From an uncultured cyanobacterium (GTDB lineage Bacteria > Cyanobacteriota > Cyanobacteriia > Cyanobacteriales > Cyanobacteriaceae), in assembly GCA_963710605.1 (NCBI GenBank), contig CAVQBA010000002.1, positions 1-64,000 of the forward strand: a DNA stretch of 64,000 bases, read 5' to 3'. Below the pieces are notes generated by a model. It was not told the origin of the DNA and did not search any database. It saw nothing but the letters and a program-made list of their open reading frames with translations. A program made the position numbers and the translations under genes. This document shows, one piece after another, positions 31,667 through 41,258 of the stretch; the stretch's first letter is position 1, and each line of letters begins with the position of its first letter.

Positions 31667-33640
31667 ATGAAATTATCCGAATTACTATATTTAGAAATAT
31701 CTAATCCTAATCCTGAAGAAGTTTGTCAGTGGTTACACCAAAGTTGGCAACCATCTCAAGGAAAAAAGATGGCTACCGATAATGGTATCAAAATCGAATT
31801 AGCCGACAATCACGAACTCTCAATTTTTACATGGACATTACAAAGAACAACTTATTTAAAAGTATTTCGTTGGGGAGACAAACAAGTTAGCCAAGAAGTA
31901 AAAATTAAATCAGAATTAGAAGAAGCAATCCAAAAAGCATTTCCACCTCATTATCCCGAGTTGCCTGAAATAGATTTAAGTGATCAATCAATATTTTCGG
32001 CTTTAGCACCTTATTACCCCCAAACAGTTAAATACTTTCAAAAAATGCCCAAGGGTGAATACGATCTCAATCGTGTTTATTGGTGGGAAAAAAGATGGCG
32101 TGAAAGTGTCAAAAATAAAGTGAATCCCGCTCCCAAACAAGTTTTATTTACTGACAAAACCACAGGGCAAGCTGATTATGATTTAGTTTATGTTGGTGGT
32201 GCATTAGGGGCAATTCATGCGGCTTTAATGGCTAAATTAGGTTATTCTGTTTTACTGATTGAGAGGTTAAAGTTTGGCAGAATGAATCGAGAGTGGAATA
32301 TTTCTCGTGGTGAATTTCAGGTTTTAATTGATTTGGGTTTATTTACTACTGAAGAATTTGAATCGATTATTGCCGCTGAATATGTTGATGGTTATAGTAA
32401 GTTTTTTGATGCGAATAATCCGTCTAACCTCAAAGCGGATATCTTGCATACTCCTACTGTTTTAAATATAGCGATCGATACTAGCAAATTATTAACTTTA
32501 TGTGGTGAAAAAATTCATCAATATAACGGTGAAATTTGTGATGAAACCGAATTTGTTAAAGCAACAATTAGTAAAGATTTAGTTACAATTAAGACTTGTG
32601 ATTTAGCCACCGATGAAGAAAAAAGTATCACGGCTAGGCTTTTAATTGATGCTATGGGTACAGCTTCACCTATCGCTTGGCAAATAGCAGGAGATAAAAC
32701 TTTTGATAGTGTTTGTCCAACTGTTGGGGCAATAGTAGAAGGTTTTTCACCTGAAGTATGGGATAAAGATTATGGTGATGTTTTATTTTCTCATGGTGAT
32801 ATTTCTAGAGGCAGACAATTAATTTGGGAGTTGTTTCCCGGAGACGGTAATGAGTTGACTATTTATTTATTCCATTATCATCAGGTGCATGAAGATAATC
32901 CCGGCTCATTATTAGAGATGTATGAAGATTTCTTTTCGATTTTACCTGAATATCGTCGTTGCGATATGGATAGTTTAGTTTGGAAAAAACCAACTTTTGG
33001 TTACATCCCCGGTCGATTTACTGTGGGTAAAAACGATCGTAAAATTGCCACTGATAGAGTGTTAGCCATAGGGGATGCGGCTTCGTTGCAATCACCTTTA
33101 ATCTTTACAGGTTTTGGCTCATTAGTACGTAATTTAGGGCGTTTAACTAATTTATTGGATATTGCCTTAAAACATCACTTATTAGATGCCGAATCTCTGA
33201 ATAGAATTCAAGCATATCAAAGTAATATAGCAGTAACTTGGTTGTTTTCTAAAGGAATGATGGTGCCAACTCATCAAACTTTACCTCCTGCTAGAGTAAA
33301 TTCAATGCTCAATACTTTTTTTGGTTTATTGGCAGATGAACCCGAAACAGCGGATACTTTTATTAAGGATAAAACAGACTGGTTAACTTTTAATCGTCTT
33401 GCACTTAAAGCGGCTAGAAAAAACCCTCCTCTATTGTTTTGGATTGTCGAAATGGCAGGGGTAAAAGATTTATTACGTTGGTTAACTTCTTATCAAACTT
33501 TTACAGTTGATGCTTTTAAAAATTTGATTTTTAGTGGTTGGTTTCCTAGTTGGTTAAAATCGCAAGAAGATTGGTTAATTAAAAGTAACCCAAAACTGTG
33601 GTTTAAATTACTAGTATTTAGTTCTAATTTATCCGATTGA
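31667..33640 (+). CDS. cruA: CruA-type lycopene cyclase (flavoprotein)
   Basis: GGALG, NREWNISR, DAMGTASP, VCPTVG, GDAASLQSPL..GFG. The N-terminal extension and 657-aa length fit CruA better than CruP. Confidence 0.78.
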   Translation: MKLSELLYLEISNPNPEEVCQWLHQSWQPSQGKKMATDNGIKIELADNHELSIFTWTLQRTTYLKVFRWGDKQVSQEVKIKSELEEAIQKAFPPHYPELPEIDLSDQSIFSALAPYYPQTVKYFQKMPKGEYDLNRVYWWEKRWRESVKNKVNPAPKQVLFTDKTTGQADYDLVYVGGALGAIHAALMAKLGYSVLLIERLKFGRMNREWNISRGEFQVLIDLGLFTTEEFESIIAAEYVDGYSKFFDANNPSNLKADILHTPTVLNIAIDTSKLLTLCGEKIHQYNGEICDETEFVKATISKDLVTIKTCDLATDEEKSITARLLIDAMGTASPIAWQIAGDKTFDSVCPTVGAIVEGFSPEVWDKDYGDVLFSHGDISRGRQLIWELFPGDGNELTIYLFHYHQVHEDNPGSLLEMYEDFFSILPEYRRCDMDSLVWKKPTFGYIPGRFTVGKNDRKIATDRVLAIGDAASLQSPLIFTGFGSLVRNLGRLTNLLDIALKHHLLDAESLNRIQAYQSNIAVTWLFSKGMMVPTHQTLPPARVNSMLNTFFGLLADEPETADTFIKDKTDWLTFNRLALKAARKNPPLLFWIVEMAGVKDLLRWLTSYQTFTVDAFKNLIFSGWFPSWLKSQEDWLIKSNPKLWFKLLVFSSNLSD

Positions 33641-33724
33641 AAGTAATTATTAGTGATTATTTATTCAATAATTTGTTTAAGATAAAAAAATCTATGTGAG
33701 TCTATTATCATCTATCACCATTTA

Positions 33725-33823
33725 ATCAGGATTTTAGGATTACAGGATTTACATGATTTTTTTCTTGAAGTTTTACTCTTTAAAGTAAAGTTGATTGTCA
33801 ATTGTCAATTGTCAATTGTCAAT
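33725..33823. repeat. Short AGGATT-core repeats and (ATTGTCA)n STRR
   Basis: Visible tandem units; a similar AGGATT array lies at 54665-54699. Confidence 0.55.
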
Positions 33824-33834
33824 GATTTCACCAA

Positions 33835-34128
33835 CTATCTCTCGTCGATTGTTTCTGCTTCTGAGTTTTTAAGTAAAGTAAAACGAACTTCATCTATCGC
33901 ATGATTTAATTGATTAATTTTATCTTCTAAATCAACTTTTGTCTCTAAAATCTCATCTTCATCATTCTCATCTATTGTATATTTAATATTTTTTATTCCT
34001 ACACTATTATTAGGGGATAATAGCTCTTTATTTTTGTTAGCAATCAAAGTTCCTAATACACCTCCTACAATACCGCCGATAACAGTACCAAGGAAAAAAC
34101 CACCACTAAAACTACCTTTATTACTCAT
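33835..34128 (-). CDS. Small membrane-anchored conserved cyanobacterial protein (YtxH-like)
   Basis: Gly-rich TM segment GGFFLGTVIGGIVGG plus coiled coil LEDKINQLN. Confidence 0.7.
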   Translation of the reverse strand: MSNKGSFSGGFFLGTVIGGIVGGVLGTLIANKNKELLSPNNSVGIKNIKYTIDENDEDEILETKVDLEDKINQLNHAIDEVRFTLLKNSEAETIDER

Positions 34129-34204
34129 GATAAATTAACTAAGATTTGTTCTTTTAAAAGTTATTAATATTTTGATAATTAAAATTATTATCATCAGAAT
34201 TAAT

Positions 34205-34855
34205 TTAAGTTCCAAAAGATCGATCGCCAGCATCTCCTAACCCCGGAACAATCAAACCAGAATCATTAACCTGTTCATCAATCATAGCAGTATAGATGTA
34301 TAAACTAGGATATACCAGACTTAATTTTTGTAAAGCTGGTGATGAGGTAACGACAGAAATAATCCGAATAAAGTCGGGATTCCCCCCTCTACTGACAATT
34401 TCTTTTAATGCCGCCATTATTGTCCCACCAGTAGATAAAATAGGCTCTAATACCAAAATACGAGTATCTTCAGCAAACTTTTCTGGCAATTTATTTAGAT
34501 AACAAGTTGCAGTTAAAGTCTCCTCATTTCTTTCCATCCCCAAATGATAAGTTACAGCTAAAGGTAAAACTGTTTGGCTTCCTTCCCAAATAGTCAAACC
34601 TGCCCGAAGAATCGGAATCATAGCAATTACATTTTGAGGATCAATAAATGTCGCATCCGCAACTCCCAAAGGTGTTTCGACTTGAGTATCAATAGTTGGT
34701 AGCCATTGTTTTGTCGCCTCATAAGTAAGCCAACGCCCTAATTCTACCATGGCGGTTTTAAATAGACTTGGGGGAGTATTTTTGTCTCTAGCCACCCCTA
34801 GCCAATGTTTAATTAATGGATGAGGAGGTACGTATATTTTTAGCTGTAATGTCAT
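34205..34855 (-). CDS. upp: Uracil phosphoribosyltransferase
   Basis: HPLIKH, PILRAG, IVPGLGDAGDR motifs. Confidence 0.93.
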   Translation of the reverse strand: MTLQLKIYVPPHPLIKHWLGVARDKNTPPSLFKTAMVELGRWLTYEATKQWLPTIDTQVETPLGVADATFIDPQNVIAMIPILRAGLTIWEGSQTVLPLAVTYHLGMERNEETLTATCYLNKLPEKFAEDTRILVLEPILSTGGTIMAALKEIVSRGGNPDFIRIISVVTSSPALQKLSLVYPSLYIYTAMIDEQVNDSGLIVPGLGDAGDRSFGT

Positions 34856-35057
34856 TATAGTTAAAAGTTAAGAGTTAAAAGTTAAGAGTTCAACCTCTCA
34901 ACAACCAATTTATCGACAAATCTTCTTAATAGATATTTAAAAATAACTAATTTTATTAAAGGTTAAAACCCTTATTATAAATAGTTCACAAAAATATTTG
35001 ATCACAAAAGCCTAATATTTACTTTTTAATAATTGATAATTTTCTCGTAATTATAAA

Positions 35058-36353
35058 TTATATACATTTTTGATATATTTCCAGAATTTTATTTGCTTTT
35101 TCATCCCAATCATATAAACTTACTGCTTTTTGATAGCCTCTTTCTCCCATTAATTTTACTAAATCGGGATTTGTCACTAATTTTTTCATTGCGATTGATA
35201 AGTTTTCAATAAAAGACTCTTTATTATCAGGATCGACTAAAATACCACAAGAGTCATCTAGATAATCAGCAGGACCGCCCCAATTAGTCGCAATAACAGG
35301 AACTTTCATCGCCATCGCTTCTAAAACAACAGCTCCACCACATTCGTATAAACTAGGTAGTACCATAATTTGTGCTTGTTCTAAATGCTTAGCACATTCT
35401 TGTTGAGGTAATTGTCCTCGAAAAACTATGTGAGAATTGTTTGTGTCTTTATTTTGTTCTAAACCTAAAGATTTCGCTTGTTGTTCTAAATTACTCCTTT
35501 GCTTTCCATCACCAATAATGTCTAAACAAATTGTATATTCTGGTAATGTTGTAACTAAATTAGCAAATGCTGTAATAAGTAAGTCAACCCCTTTCCAATC
35601 AACTAAACGTCCGATATAGATTATTTTTAAACATTTATCCTCGTTGTCATCATAGTTAGGCTTGTCTTCGTTATTATCTATTGGCGACGTATTCCAGATC
35701 GATAAATCAATACCATTTTCGACTAGTTCCATAATTTGAGATGAGCTATTTTTAACTGGTTTAGGAAGAGCATTTTTAGTTCTTTGGTTGGCAACGAGTA
35801 AAACAGCTGCTTTTCTTTTACCAGGAATCAAAATATTCATTATATTAGCTAAATATCTTGCTGATTTTTCTAAAAAATTAACCCCAATTGTCTCTCTTAC
35901 TTGAAATGCCTGAGGATAATTCATTCCACCATTCATAGGACCTATCACCACAGGTACTCCCATATTATAAATCATAGAAGGTAGTTTGGGTGAAACTGGT
36001 ATAGGTTGATGGATAATATCTATTTGGTATTTTTCAATCAAATATTTCGCCAGTTTAACTTGATTAATTTGTGTGATTGTCCGTGACAAACTACCAAAAG
36101 TAAAGTAATAAATTTTGGCGGGTAAGAATTTGTTGAAACTGAAAAGAAATTTGTACAGTATATTATCTTCAATATAAAAAATTTTGTCTAAATCATCAGG
36201 AAAAAGGGTTCTAAGTTCTTCTTTTCTTCTTCCATGTACTATCATCCAGACATTAATTTTTTTTTTCCTTAGAACTCGAAAATAATGTAATGGTAATGCC
36301 GCTTCACCTCCATATTTTAAGGAGGCATTTTCTGAGATAATAAGTATATTCAT
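35058..36353 (-). CDS. Glycosyltransferase family 4
   Basis: GRLVDWKG and PSLYECGGAVVLEAMA. Start placed at MNILII. Confidence 0.9.
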   Translation of the reverse strand: MNILIISENASLKYGGEAALPLHYFRVLRKKKINVWMIVHGRRKEELRTLFPDDLDKIFYIEDNILYKFLFSFNKFLPAKIYYFTFGSLSRTITQINQVKLAKYLIEKYQIDIIHQPIPVSPKLPSMIYNMGVPVVIGPMNGGMNYPQAFQVRETIGVNFLEKSARYLANIMNILIPGKRKAAVLLVANQRTKNALPKPVKNSSSQIMELVENGIDLSIWNTSPIDNNEDKPNYDDNEDKCLKIIYIGRLVDWKGVDLLITAFANLVTTLPEYTICLDIIGDGKQRSNLEQQAKSLGLEQNKDTNNSHIVFRGQLPQQECAKHLEQAQIMVLPSLYECGGAVVLEAMAMKVPVIATNWGGPADYLDDSCGILVDPDNKESFIENLSIAMKKLVTNPDLVKLMGERGYQKAVSLYDWDEKANKILEIYQKCI

Positions 36354-36550
36354 TAGTACAAATATTTTTGATAAAAACAACCACAAACATTCAAGTTTTA
36401 ATTGTAGAACAGGAAGTAGTGAACAAATCAATAACTTTATTGTTGGAAAGATAAACTCAACCTAAGTATAACTTGTGTTTTTATTAATATTTGTTTTATT
36501 TCTTGCATTTTATCCTGTTTTTATTTCAAAAATGTTTGCTATTTAATTGT

Positions 36551-36877
36551 TTAAGTCTCGTCAAAATTACTATAACAAGTAGAATTTTTGTAAAAATCAA
36601 AACAATTAATAGCTGATTCAGAAAAAGCAGTCGAAGGATTAACCGTACATCTCAAATAATGATTATTAGTAGAGTAACGACAAGAATGACAAGGGATTTG
36701 GTGCATAGTGGCAGAGCGTTTACGTACATCAACAATAGAGGATACGATCGTCGAAATAAACATCGCCGAAAATAACCATGCAAACAAAAACAAAATTGGC
36801 TGTAAAAAAGCACTATAGCGAGCCAACAAACTAGTTACTAGAGGAATCATAGTTATCTCAAAAGTAAATGTGACCAA
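36551..36877 (-). CDS. Conserved cyanobacterial membrane protein with Cys motif
   Basis: TM helix followed by HQIPCHSC..LRCTVNP..AINC. Confidence 0.7.
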   Translation of the reverse strand: MVTFTFEITMIPLVTSLLARYSAFLQPILFLFAWLFSAMFISTIVSSIVDVRKRSATMHQIPCHSCRYSTNNHYLRCTVNPSTAFSESAINCFDFYKNSTCYSNFDET

Positions 36878-36946
36878 TAATTAAAAATTGCTCAGCAGAT
36901 TAGAATAATAATTAATTATTAACTATATAACTATTACCTATGAATA

Positions 36947-37867
36947 TCAACTAGTTTGTAACAAAGATACGAATTTGCTTAATTGTTCTTGATTAAAAAC
37001 CTTATTCAGCATTTCCGCCGCCATTACAGGATCGACAGTAATCAAGACTTGTGGTAACTTAGAATGAGCAAGTTGTTCTAAACCTTGAGAAGGTGTAATT
37101 TCAGAACCTTTACCAACTTCTAAACAATCACCACCTAATTTAATTTCTTTGATTACTACAGGTGCTAACAACAGATAAGAATGTTTTGGATTGATGATTG
37201 CCGTTTTGGAGCATTTAAGCAAATTTTGCCAACCATTTTCATCAGGTGCAATTTGAGCTAACTTATCGCACATAGATTGTAACTGCTGACGATTATTCGG
37301 AGTTGGTTCTTGTTTGAAAATAGCCAACATTTGTTGTAAGATTTGTCTTACCTGCATGATGATTTCATCTTGAGGAATACGCACTAAAGAAGGAGAAACA
37401 GCCCTAACGTCTGCTGATGTCAATTTAGGTGCTTGAGGAATGTCTGATTGAGCTAGTTGTTCGATGTAGCTTAATAGTTCGACAAAATGAGGCTCAGCCG
37501 CTTCTAGAATTTCATCACCGTCTTCTTCTGTTAATCCTAATGGCCCTTGTAATCTTTGTAATAATTCTTGAATAATATCATATGTTTTTAAAAACAAACT
37601 TTCTAAGGTTTGATCCGGATTAATATTTTCATCTCGTAAAATTTTAAACGCATCTTCTAAACGGTGAGAGGTTTTTTGGATACTAGTAAAATTGAGCATC
37701 GCCGCACCACCTTTAATTGAATGGGCGGCACGAAATAACTCATTAACTGTCTCTTCGTCTTCTACGGCGGCGGATAAATCAAGAATTCCTTTTTCGATCG
37801 TTTCTAAATGTTCTTTTGCTTCTTCGATAAAATAACCGATAATTTTCTCATTGTTGGCATTATCCAT
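36947..37867 (-). CDS. Stand-alone Hpt domain protein (CheA N-terminal-like)
   Basis: YFIEEAKEHL...FRAAHSIKGGAAML; no kinase domain. Confidence 0.85.
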   Translation of the reverse strand: MDNANNEKIIGYFIEEAKEHLETIEKGILDLSAAVEDEETVNELFRAAHSIKGGAAMLNFTSIQKTSHRLEDAFKILRDENINPDQTLESLFLKTYDIIQELLQRLQGPLGLTEEDGDEILEAAEPHFVELLSYIEQLAQSDIPQAPKLTSADVRAVSPSLVRIPQDEIIMQVRQILQQMLAIFKQEPTPNNRQQLQSMCDKLAQIAPDENGWQNLLKCSKTAIINPKHSYLLLAPVVIKEIKLGGDCLEVGKGSEITPSQGLEQLAHSKLPQVLITVDPVMAAEMLNKVFNQEQLSKFVSLLQTS

Positions 37868-38044
37868 TTTTACTGCTCCTATATCAAGTGAACAATCATT
37901 TTTGTACTAAAATTATAAGCTATCTACTTTAATAAGCTAATAGCCTTAAGCTTACTTTGTGGCTGGAGCAAATACTCCTTTATTTGTCTATAATAATAAC
38001 CGATCCCTAGTATTAATCCACATTAAGTAAAGATAAGCAAAAAT

Positions 38045-39223
38045 ATGATTGCTCGTCCGATATATTTAGATGGTCATGCCACAACTCAAGTAGATTCTAG
38101 AGTAATCTCTGCTATGCTCCCTTATTTTAATGAATATTACGGTAATCCTTCTAGTAACGCACATATTTATGGCTGGGAAGCTCAAACGGCAGTTAAGCAA
38201 GCTAGAGAAGCAATTGCACTAGCAATCAATGCGAATGATAACGAAATAATTTTCACAAGTGGTGCGACTGAAGCTAATAATTTGGCGATTAAAGGAGTTG
38301 CGGAGGCTTATTTTAGTCAAGGAAAACACATAATTACTTGTCAAACAGAACATCGTGCGGTAATCGAGCCTTGTGAATATTTACAAACTTTAGGGTTTGA
38401 AGTAACCTATTTACCTGTACAAGCTAATGGTTTGATTGATTTAGCGCTACTTGAAAAAACTATTCGTGAGGATACAGTTTTAGTTTCGATTATGGTTGCT
38501 AACAACGAAATTGGTGTAATACAAAATATTGCCAAAATAGGTTCTCTTTGTCAGAATAAAAACGTACTATTTCATACAGATGCCGCTCAAGCGATCGGTA
38601 AAATAAATTTAGATGTGCAAGAAATGAAGATTAACTTAATGTCTTTAACTGCTCATAAAATACATGGAGTTAAGGGAATAGGTGCTTTATATATTAGTCG
38701 TAAAAATCCTCGTGTTAAATTAGCATCGCAAATACAAGGAGGAGGGCAAGAAAATGGCTTTCGCTCAGGCACATTACAGACACCACAAATAGTTGCTTTC
38801 GCTGAAGCTATCAAAATAGCCTTAAATGAATTAGAAAGCGAAAATCAACGACAAAAACAATTAAGAGATTATTTATGGCAACAATTAAAGCAATTAGATA
38901 ATGTTCATCTTAATGGAGATATCGATCGACGTTTAGCAGGTAACTTAAATATCAGTATTGAGGGAGTTAACGGCTCAGCTTTACTCTTAGCATTACAATC
39001 AAAAGTAGCTATCTCTTCTGGCTCAGCTTGCTCTTCGACAAATACCCAACCTTCCCATGTCTTAAAAGCATTAGGACATTCTGATAGCCTAGCTCGTGCT
39101 TCAATTCGTTTTGGAATAGGACGTTTTAATACCCAAGAGCAAATAGAGCAAGTTGCTGAATTTACCGTTAAAACAGTCAACAGTTTACGTCGAGCCAAAA
39201 GACAATTGACAGTTGACAATTAA
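38045..39223 (+). CDS. Cysteine desulfurase (IscS/NifS family)
   Basis: YLDGHATT, TSGATEAN, HTDAAQ, TAHK, SSGSAC motifs. Confidence 0.93.
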   Translation: MIARPIYLDGHATTQVDSRVISAMLPYFNEYYGNPSSNAHIYGWEAQTAVKQAREAIALAINANDNEIIFTSGATEANNLAIKGVAEAYFSQGKHIITCQTEHRAVIEPCEYLQTLGFEVTYLPVQANGLIDLALLEKTIREDTVLVSIMVANNEIGVIQNIAKIGSLCQNKNVLFHTDAAQAIGKINLDVQEMKINLMSLTAHKIHGVKGIGALYISRKNPRVKLASQIQGGGQENGFRSGTLQTPQIVAFAEAIKIALNELESENQRQKQLRDYLWQQLKQLDNVHLNGDIDRRLAGNLNISIEGVNGSALLLALQSKVAISSGSACSSTNTQPSHVLKALGHSDSLARASIRFGIGRFNTQEQIEQVAEFTVKTVNSLRRAKRQLTVDN

Positions 39224-39327
39224 GTGAAATATCATAATACTGCTAAAAAATTACATATTTAGATTTTGACTTTTAATTCTGATTGATTATCTAATTAACC
39301 TCAATTACAGTTAAGCTAAAAGTGCGA

Positions 39328-39457
39328 AGTAGTTCCACCTAAATAAAAGAAAGTTTGTACTTACCCCTTTGAGGGGCTACTAACAAGCTATTAAGATAAG
39401 GGCTAAAGCCCATACTACGAACTTAATCTTTCTGACGTTTAATTAATTGGGGCTACT
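39328..39457 (-). mobile_element. IS630-related MITE (second copy, inverted)
   Basis: Ends AGTAGTTCCACCTAAATAAAAG / CGTTTAATTAATTGGGGCTACT match the 12281-12385 element. Confidence 0.7.
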
Positions 39458-39851
39458 TATTTGATAATCAATAGTTTAAAGGCTGAGAGTCTTAAATATT
39501 ATCATCGATAAAGTGCGATATAGTTGTTTCAAATAAAAATGAGACACGAGTGATGAATCTAAATTTAAGTTTAATTTATTAAACGAACAGGATATTAGCC
39601 TTGCACGATAGTTCAAGGTGGGTTTAATACTTTGGTTTTAGTATTGTTCTTACTGTCTTAATCTTAATTGAAATGACTATAACTTGGAAACTACTATCTC
39701 TTACCACCGAACTTACGTTCGTTCGTTAAATTAAAGAGACACAATCATTACATGAAAAAATTTAACAATTTACACCAAAAAAAGGCAATATAGTCTATAA
39801 CTTATTCATTAACCAAAATTTACTGCTTAAACCAAATCAGGGGAATAAAAA

Positions 39852-41105
39852 GTGACCATCAAAATCTCGAATACTCATGGAGAAAATCCAAAAAATCCTA
39901 ACAAAATTAATCAAAAGAGTAAAGATAATCGCTTCACAATAGTTTCCCAAAATAAAGCTGATTCCAAAACAAATAAGACTAATCGTTTTGTTTATGACAA
40001 GCCGAAAATTGTACCGCCTCCTGCCAAACCAGTTAGTTTTGTTAATAAATTTATTAATACACTTTTTCGTTTAAGTATTATTGGTGTAGGAATAGGTACT
40101 ATATTTGGAACTTTTTTAGCTAATCGAGATTTGACTAAGCCTTTATTTCCTAAAGTAAATTTGCCTTTTATGGCTAAGATTTTTCCTGAGAGTCAAACTA
40201 GTGAAAATAAGACAGTTGCCGATTCGACAGCAGATAAAAAAGAAGAGACTAATAAATCAACAAATCTGGTTAATAATTTAGTTACTGAGATTAATTTTTC
40301 TAAGGAAGAAAGTGGGCTGAAGCAAAAATTAAATGAGTTAACAGCGAAATATCCTCAACTTGAAGCTAGTATTTTCTTTGTTGATTTAGATAATGGTGTT
40401 TATGTTAATGCAAATGGGATTAAACCTCTTCCTGCGGCAAGTACGATTAAAATACCTGTTTTGATTGCTTTTTTACAAGATGTTGATGAAGGTAAAATAT
40501 ATTTAGATGAAGAGTTAACCATGACCGAAGCTAATCGTGTTAGTGGTTCAGGTGGCATACAATATAAGGGTGTTGGTAAAAAGTATAGTGCGATCGATGT
40601 AGCGACGCAAATGATTATTAACAGTGATAATGCCGCTACAGAAATGATTATCGAACGTTTAGGAGGAAAAGATCAACTTAATGAACGTTTTTGGGAATGG
40701 GGTTTAGAAAGTACAATGATTAAAAATCTGTTACCTGATTTAGAAGGTACAAATACTACTAGTGCCAGAGATTTGGCTTTGTTATTAGCTAAAGTAAATC
40801 AAGGTCAACTTATCTCTTTGCGATCGCGCGATCGTTTAATGGATATTATGACGAGAACAAAAACCCGTACTTTGTTACCTCAAGGAATTGAAGACGGAGC
40901 GATGATTGCTCATAAAACAGGAGATATTGGTAAAGCCTTAGCTGATGCAGGAATTATTGATATGCCTACAGGTAAACGTTATGTTGGTGCTGTCATCGTT
41001 ACCCGCCCTCATAATGACCCCGCTGCACGTACTTTAATACAAGACATATCTGGTACGACTTATCAACATTTCAAATGGTATTTACCTCGTTCTAGCAACT
41101 ACTAG
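39852..41105 (+). CDS. Membrane-anchored serine hydrolase, class A beta-lactamase-like fold
   Basis: ASTIK (SxxK), SDN, HKTG motifs. Confidence 0.88.
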   Translation: MTIKISNTHGENPKNPNKINQKSKDNRFTIVSQNKADSKTNKTNRFVYDKPKIVPPPAKPVSFVNKFINTLFRLSIIGVGIGTIFGTFLANRDLTKPLFPKVNLPFMAKIFPESQTSENKTVADSTADKKEETNKSTNLVNNLVTEINFSKEESGLKQKLNELTAKYPQLEASIFFVDLDNGVYVNANGIKPLPAASTIKIPVLIAFLQDVDEGKIYLDEELTMTEANRVSGSGGIQYKGVGKKYSAIDVATQMIINSDNAATEMIIERLGGKDQLNERFWEWGLESTMIKNLLPDLEGTNTTSARDLALLLAKVNQGQLISLRSRDRLMDIMTRTKTRTLLPQGIEDGAMIAHKTGDIGKALADAGIIDMPTGKRYVGAVIVTRPHNDPAARTLIQDISGTTYQHFKWYLPRSSNY

Positions 41106-41258
41106 GAGTGAAAAGTTAAGAATTAAGAGTTAAGAGTTGATAAATAAAAAAGAATTTGGAATTGTTAAACTAACACTTCTTACTTATTACTCCTTACTCC
41201 TTACTCCTTTCCAACTATCAACTATCAACTATCAACTATCAACTATCAACTAAATATC

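Noticed and set aside
39852-41105. Acquired beta-lactam resistance gene
   Set aside because: Membrane-anchored, HIP1-rich and in core context; fits the common cyanobacterial PBP-like serine hydrolases.
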